NCBI GenBank assembly: GCA_030044695.1
Contig: JASIDM010000102.1
Coordinates: 1 to 30,722 of the forward strand
From: Thermoplasmata archaeon
GTDB lineage: Archaea > Thermoplasmatota > Thermoplasmata > Lutacidiplasmatales > UBA184
Direction: 5' to 3'
Length of the DNA: 30,722 nt
Shown here: one piece after another, positions 26,673-30,722 of the stretch
Layout of the letters: each line of letters starts with the position of its first letter
Position numbering within the stretch: the stretch's first letter is position 1
Program-made: the position numbers and the translations under genes
Notes under the pieces: generated by a model
Database searches by the model: none
Told to the model about the DNA's origin: nothing
What the model saw: the letters and a program-made list of their open reading frames with translations, nothing else

Positions 26673-27983
26673 CTACGGCGTCTCGGGGCCCGCCGAGCCC
26701 GCGACCCGCAGCTCGACGGCCGCGGCGGAACGAGGCGTCCGCGACGCGGTAGCCGCGCCCGAGTCGGTCGTATCGAGTGCGGGCCGCTCGAAGCGAGCCA
26801 CCGTGGCCAGGAGCGGTCGGAAGACGATCTCCGGCCGAACGACGGCGGCCAGGGCGAATCCTGCCGTCAGCACGTACTCGAGTCCCCAACGGGCCAGCAG
26901 CGCCGGACCCCCGACCGCTCCCACCGGGATCGCTCCCCAGGCGGTCGGGGCCCCGAGCGCGCCGAGGATCTCTCCGCCGAGGCTGTCGAGTCCCGCGGAC
27001 GCCAGCGGCGCGGGCCACCAGAGGAGCAGCGAGAGCGCCGCCCCCGCGATCACGACACCCCCGACCCGTCCCCACCCCCGGTGGAGCGCCACGGCGAACT
27101 GGCGCGCTCCCTCGGGGAAGAACGCGGCGGCGAGGGCGAAGCCGGCGACGACCTGATGCTCCACGATCCAGCGGAACCACCACCCCGCCCCCGCCGTTAG
27201 CGGGTCGTGGACGGTCCACTCGGCGAACATGGAGAGCGACCACAGCAGCCCCCCGACCGCGAGCGCGGCCCGGAGGGTGGCGCCCAGCGCCCAGCGACGG
27301 TCCGCCGGAGGGGCCACGACGCGGCCGCGCGAGCCCCGGTCCCCCCCCAGCCCGAGGAGGCCCCCGTAGACCGTGAGCAACAGCTCCTGGCCGAAGAGGG
27401 CGGCCCAGACGACCGCCACCTGCGCGACGCCGAGGTACCAGTTGTTGAGGAGGAGGCTCGAGGTCGACGAGCCCGAGGCCTGCGCGATCAGCCCGATCCC
27501 ACCGGTCGCGACCGCCGTCGTCGTGCAGCAGGAGCCGAGCGTCACGAGGCTGATCATGGCGGGGGTGAGTCCCGTGATCGCGCCGACGGCCTTCGAGCGA
27601 GCGACCTCCTGGGGCGTCGGTCGGAGCAGCCGCACGATCAGCAGGACGGCGACGGCCATCCCGAGGCCGACGCCGATCGCGACGGCGATCATGGCGAGCG
27701 TCGCGACGAACGGCAGCGCGACGATCCCCCACGGCGCGACGACGAGCAGCCCCGGATAGTTCCACCAGCCCTGGCCGGTGCCGCTGCCGGTGAGGATCTC
27801 GATCGACGTCCCGCCGCGCAGCGGCGCCAGCGTCAGCATCCCGCCGTACAGCATCGACCCGAGCGCGTACAGAACCGCGAGGAACGTGGCGAGGCCCAGC
27901 GCATGCGAGCGGCGGAGGAAGCTCCGTACCTCGCCGAAGTACAGGGCGCCGCGAAGGTCGATGCCGGCGGGGGACCCCGACAC
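26673..27983 (-). CDS. Hypothetical polytopic membrane protein with intramembrane GSCC motif
   Basis: About 10 hydrophobic segments; LVTLGSCCTTTAV. Confidence 0.72.
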   Translation of the reverse strand: MSGSPAGIDLRGALYFGEVRSFLRRSHALGLATFLAVLYALGSMLYGGMLTLAPLRGGTSIEILTGSGTGQGWWNYPGLLVVAPWGIVALPFVATLAMIAVAIGVGLGMAVAVLLIVRLLRPTPQEVARSKAVGAITGLTPAMISLVTLGSCCTTTAVATGGIGLIAQASGSSTSSLLLNNWYLGVAQVAVVWAALFGQELLLTVYGGLLGLGGDRGSRGRVVAPPADRRWALGATLRAALAVGGLLWSLSMFAEWTVHDPLTAGAGWWFRWIVEHQVVAGFALAAAFFPEGARQFAVALHRGWGRVGGVVIAGAALSLLLWWPAPLASAGLDSLGGEILGALGAPTAWGAIPVGAVGGPALLARWGLEYVLTAGFALAAVVRPEIVFRPLLATVARFERPALDTTDSGAATASRTPRSAAAVELRVAGSAGPETP

Positions 27984-28056
27984 GGCCGCCGGACCCAGGT
28001 CTTACTTAAGTTCCGTAGGTTCGGACGTCGGCGTGCCGGTGGCGGTGGGACCCACG

Positions 28057-28063
28057 TTTTAAG
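28057..28063 (+). promoter_or_regulatory. TATA box of tRNA-Ser
   Basis: TTTTAAG in a GC-rich context, 25 nt before the tRNA 5' end. Confidence 0.7.
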
Positions 28064-28088
28064 CCCGGGGCGGGGGTGGGGCCGCCAA

Positions 28089-28203
28089 GCGGGGATGGCC
28101 CAGCCCGGTAAGGCGCTGGATTGCTAATCCAGTGGTGATTTCACCTCGGGGGTTCAAAGGGAGGTCGGGTCCCCCCGACCTTCGGAACGTCCCCCTCCCC
28201 GCG
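28089..28203 (+). tRNA. tRNA-Ser(GCT) with 31-nt intron at 59/60 (28159-28189)
   Basis: GCGGGGA/TCCCCGC acceptor stem plus G73; CTGGA-TTGCTAA-TCCAG anticodon arm; long variable arm GGTG/CACC; GGGGG-TTCAAA[31 nt]T-CCCCC T arm. Confidence 0.9.
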
Positions 28204-28539
28204 TCCGTCTTCCTCCGGCGGCATCGGGTGGGCGCGGTAGATCGCTCCGTCGGCGACCACCTGGACCAGCGCGCCAACCCCGGGTAGCGGCGGGTCGGAG
28301 GCCACCAGCAGCCGGACCCCGTCCTCGACCTCCACGAGCGCGAGAAGGTGCGGGGAGGGCCACCCCGGCGGCGGGACCTCGAGCGCGGTGGCGGCGAGGA
28401 CCCGGCCGACACCGCGGGCGGCGTACGTCTCGGTGCCGGCGGAACCGCAGCGGGGACAGGGGCCGTCGATCGGCACGAACCGGGCGTGGCAACTGGGGCA
28501 CTTGCCGAGCTGCAGGGTGGGCGACGGGGCCGGGGTCAT
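28141..28539 (-). CDS. DUF35 zinc-ribbon/OB-fold thiolase partner protein
   Basis: CPSC-x10-CPRC, GVGRVLAAT, ALVEVEDGVRLL; ATGA overlap with the thiolase stop (ATG 28539). Confidence 0.85.
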   Translation of the reverse strand: MTPAPSPTLQLGKCPSCHARFVPIDGPCPRCGSAGTETYAARGVGRVLAATALEVPPPGWPSPHLLALVEVEDGVRLLVASDPPLPGVGALVQVVADGAIYRAHPMPPEEDGRGEGDVPKVGGTRPPFEPPR

Positions 28540-29669
28540 GGACCGCCTGTGCCGAGGATCGTCACGAAGTTCTGGACTCCCAGGCCGGCCATCGAGTGCG
28601 CGAGGCCGATCTTGGGACGCTTCGCGGTGGCGGTCGGCCCGGCCTCGCCCCGAAGCTGGAGCGCCACCTCCGCGATCCCGGCCAATCCCGATGCCCCGAC
28701 CGGGTGTCCACGGCCGAGGAGGCCTCCCCCCGGGTTCACGGGTAGGCGAGCGTCCGGGGCGACCCAGCCCTGAACGTACCACGACGACCCCTCCCCCGGT
28801 CCGCAGAAGCCGAGGTCCTCGAGATGGATGCACGCCAGCGGCGCGAACGCGTCGTGGAGCTCCACGACCTCGATGTGCTTGCGGGTCAACCGCCCCTCCT
28901 CGTACGCGCGCCGGGCCGCCAGCCGGGTCGCCACGAACCCGGTGAGGTCGTCTCGGTCGATCAGCCGGAGGGCGTCGAACGCCTGGCCGATGCCCAGCAC
29001 GGTCGCCGGACCCCGACCTCGCTCGATCACGACCGCGGCCGCCCCATCGGTGATCGGCGCGCAGTGCAGGAGGCGCAACGGAAGGGCGATCGGCCGGCTC
29101 GCCGCCACCTCGGCCTCCGTCACGGGCGTGCGGAGGTGGGCGTTCGGGTTCCGGGCGGCCTGCGCGCGGTCGTGGACCGTCACCGCCGCCAGGCGCTCCG
29201 GGGCGAGCCCGTGCCGGTCGAGGTACCGCTGGGCGACCAGCGCGCCGAGCCCGGGCATCGTCGCCCCGGCGGCGGCCTCGCTCTCGTGCAGGGCGGCCGC
29301 GAGCTCCCCCGTCAGCTCGGCCGTCGGGCGATCGGTCATCTTCTCCGCCGCGACGACGAGGGCCCGCTCGTAGCGACCCGACGCGACCGCGAGCGCCGCC
29401 ACGTGGAACGTCATCCCCCCGGTCCCGCTCGCCGACTCCGCGCGATAGCCGGACGCGGACTCGAGCCCCAGGCGACCGGCGAGACGCGGCAGCAGCGCCT
29501 CGGGCCCGTGGGGACCGTGGGACATCATCGAGCCCACGACCAAGAGGTCGATCGGCTTGCGGCCGACCCCGTCGAGGGCAAGGACAGCGGCCTCGGCCGC
29601 CAGGTCGACCAGCGTCTCGCTGCGCTTGCCGTAGCGCCCGGTCCCGACCGCGGCGATGTGGACGCTCAT
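28536..29669 (-). CDS. Thiolase-family protein (SCP2/archaeal type)
   Basis: AAEKM, CAPITDGAAAVV, ELHDAF, VNPGGGLLGRGHPVGASG. ATG 29669 overlaps the hjc stop; real gene lies within the longer track ORF. Confidence 0.9.
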   Translation of the reverse strand: MSVHIAAVGTGRYGKRSETLVDLAAEAAVLALDGVGRKPIDLLVVGSMMSHGPHGPEALLPRLAGRLGLESASGYRAESASGTGGMTFHVAALAVASGRYERALVVAAEKMTDRPTAELTGELAAALHESEAAAGATMPGLGALVAQRYLDRHGLAPERLAAVTVHDRAQAARNPNAHLRTPVTEAEVAASRPIALPLRLLHCAPITDGAAAVVIERGRGPATVLGIGQAFDALRLIDRDDLTGFVATRLAARRAYEEGRLTRKHIEVVELHDAFAPLACIHLEDLGFCGPGEGSSWYVQGWVAPDARLPVNPGGGLLGRGHPVGASGLAGIAEVALQLRGEAGPTATAKRPKIGLAHSMAGLGVQNFVTILGTGGP

Positions 29670-30220
29670 GTCGCCCCCCGGGCCGCCGGCTCCGCGATGC
29701 TCCGCACCGTCAGGAGGAACCGCGAGAGCGGCATCCCCTCCTCCCACCGCAGGATGCCGTGGCCCTCGCGCGTCGTGCTGACCGACGGCAGACGCCGGCA
29801 GATGTAGCGGAGCGAACCGGCGGTCGGCACGTCGCTGCCGAGGTAGATGCGCCACGGCTCCTCGGTGCGGCGACCGAGACGGCGGTACGCGTAGAGGACC
29901 GTCAGCCCGACGCGGTGCACGGCGCGTCGGTGCGCCGCGAGCTGCTGGTCGGCGCGCCCGCTCGCGTCGGCGAACCGGATCACGTCGCCCGAGGTCGCCT
30001 TCACCTCGAGCGGGAACGCGAGCTCGCGGCGGAGCGCGACCAGGTCGAAGCCGAGCGAGCCGGCGCCCCGTACCACGAGGAAGGGCTCGTGGACGATCCG
30101 CTCGAACGCGGCGCGCTCCTCCGGCACGAGGATGCGCAGGTAGGAGCGGACCGCGGATTCGTCCCCCTCGAGCAGGGTCCTGAGCTCGCGCTCGTACGCC
30201 GACGAGCCCCGACCGACCAC
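29666..30220 (-). CDS. hjc: Holliday junction resolvase-like PD-(D/E)xK nuclease
   Basis: SAYERELR, VRGAGSLGFDLVAL, PLEVK. GTG 30220 fits TATA spacing better than the track's ATG 30244. Confidence 0.75.
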   Translation of the reverse strand: MVGRGSSAYERELRTLLEGDESAVRSYLRILVPEERAAFERIVHEPFLVVRGAGSLGFDLVALRRELAFPLEVKATSGDVIRFADASGRADQQLAAHRRAVHRVGLTVLYAYRRLGRRTEEPWRIYLGSDVPTAGSLRYICRRLPSVSTTREGHGILRWEEGMPLSRFLLTVRSIAEPAARGAT

Positions 30221-30242
30221 GGGTTCGCACTCTCGAGGGCCC

Positions 30243-30252
30243 ATTAATATAA
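30243..30252. promoter_or_regulatory. Shared bidirectional TATA element
   Basis: ATTAATATAA lies 22 nt from GTG 30220 (-) and 24 nt from GTG 30277 (+). Confidence 0.6.
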
Positions 30253-30276
30253 GACGGTCGGACGGTAGCGAGCCCC

Positions 30277-30722
30277 GTGGCCGCGGCCGGTTCCCTCGAG
30301 CTGGTCGAGCCGGATGTCGCGGTCGCGCGCGTGCTGATCGGGGTCGTCGCGGACGCGGACCGACGCCGCACAGTGCGCGGCGTGGCGTCGCAGCCGGCCC
30401 GCTTTCGCCTCACGGAACTGCGGGCGCGGCTCCTGCGCGAGCGCGTCTTCGAGGACACCAACCGGCTCCTGACCCGGCTCAAGCGCCGGGGACTGCTGGT
30501 CGAGCTCCCCGAGGGCCACGGGGACAAGCTCTTCCAGGTGCCGTACCCGCTCGAGCTCCGACAGTTGCTCCTCGACGAGGTCGGCCGGTCCGAGACGGTC
30601 GAGCCGTCCGCGCTGCAGCCGGTCCCGGACGAACCCGCCGAGATCCGGGGAATGGACTCGCAGTTCCTCGACCTGCTGAAGGAGATCGTCCGCAGCCGGC
30701 TCGACGCGACGGTCGAGTTCGG
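30277..30722 (+). CDS. Hypothetical protein, 3'-truncated by the window edge
   Basis: Not in the track. Open from GTG 30277 to the end (MAAAGSLELVEPDV...DSQFLDLLKEIVRSRLDATVEF) with host-like codon usage. Confidence 0.65.
   Translation, partial: MAAAGSLELVEPDVAVARVLIGVVADADRRRTVRGVASQPARFRLTELRARLLRERVFEDTNRLLTRLKRRGLLVELPEGHGDKLFQVPYPLELRQLLLDEVGRSETVEPSALQPVPDEPAEIRGMDSQFLDLLKEIVRSRLDATVEF

Noticed and set aside
22384-29669. A single beta-oxidation operon (ligase, dehydrogenase, thiolase)
   Set aside because: The genes are on different strands, separated by unrelated genes and a tRNA, and no enoyl-CoA hydratase is present.
29670-30527. Apparent 663-aa thiolase fusion
   Set aside because: The upstream part is an off-frame reading of hjc; the thiolase has its own ATG coupled to the hjc stop.
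1-30722. CRISPR array, integrase, transposase or rRNA
   Set aside because: No regularly spaced short repeats and no recombinase or transposase motifs or rRNA-like sequence were seen.

Overview
High-GC archaeal DNA, most likely Thermoplasmata. This is an inference from the thermopsin-type surface repeats, the Hjc-like resolvase, the thiolase-DUF35 pair, the archaeal VapB and TATA-like boxes about 25 nt upstream of genes. The backbone carries arsC plus an aquaporin, a GNAT, a YncE/thermopsin-repeat surface protein, hutU, a vapBC pair, a Nudix hydrolase, a CaiC-like acyl-CoA ligase, a PIN nuclease, a dienelactone-hydrolase-fold protein, a 3-hydroxyacyl-CoA dehydrogenase, an hjc-thiolase-DUF35 operon and two tRNAs. 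Main highlight: an 8.4-kb island (7838-16267) sits between 44-bp direct repeats at the 3' end of tRNA-Thr(TGT). It encodes a ~2100-aa secreted protein with a low-GC hydrophobic C-terminus, a 2-TM gene, an orphan divergent copy of that C-terminus, and a second related 2-TM gene. A third related 2-TM gene lies just outside the repeat. This layout matches a polymorphic toxin/immunity locus with an apparently membrane-active tip, although function is inferred rather than shown. Second highlight: tRNA-Ser(GCT) has a 31-nt T-loop (59/60) intron with bulge-helix-bulge geometry and is overlapped antisense by the DUF35 gene. All homology calls come from motif recognition by eye; no searches were run.
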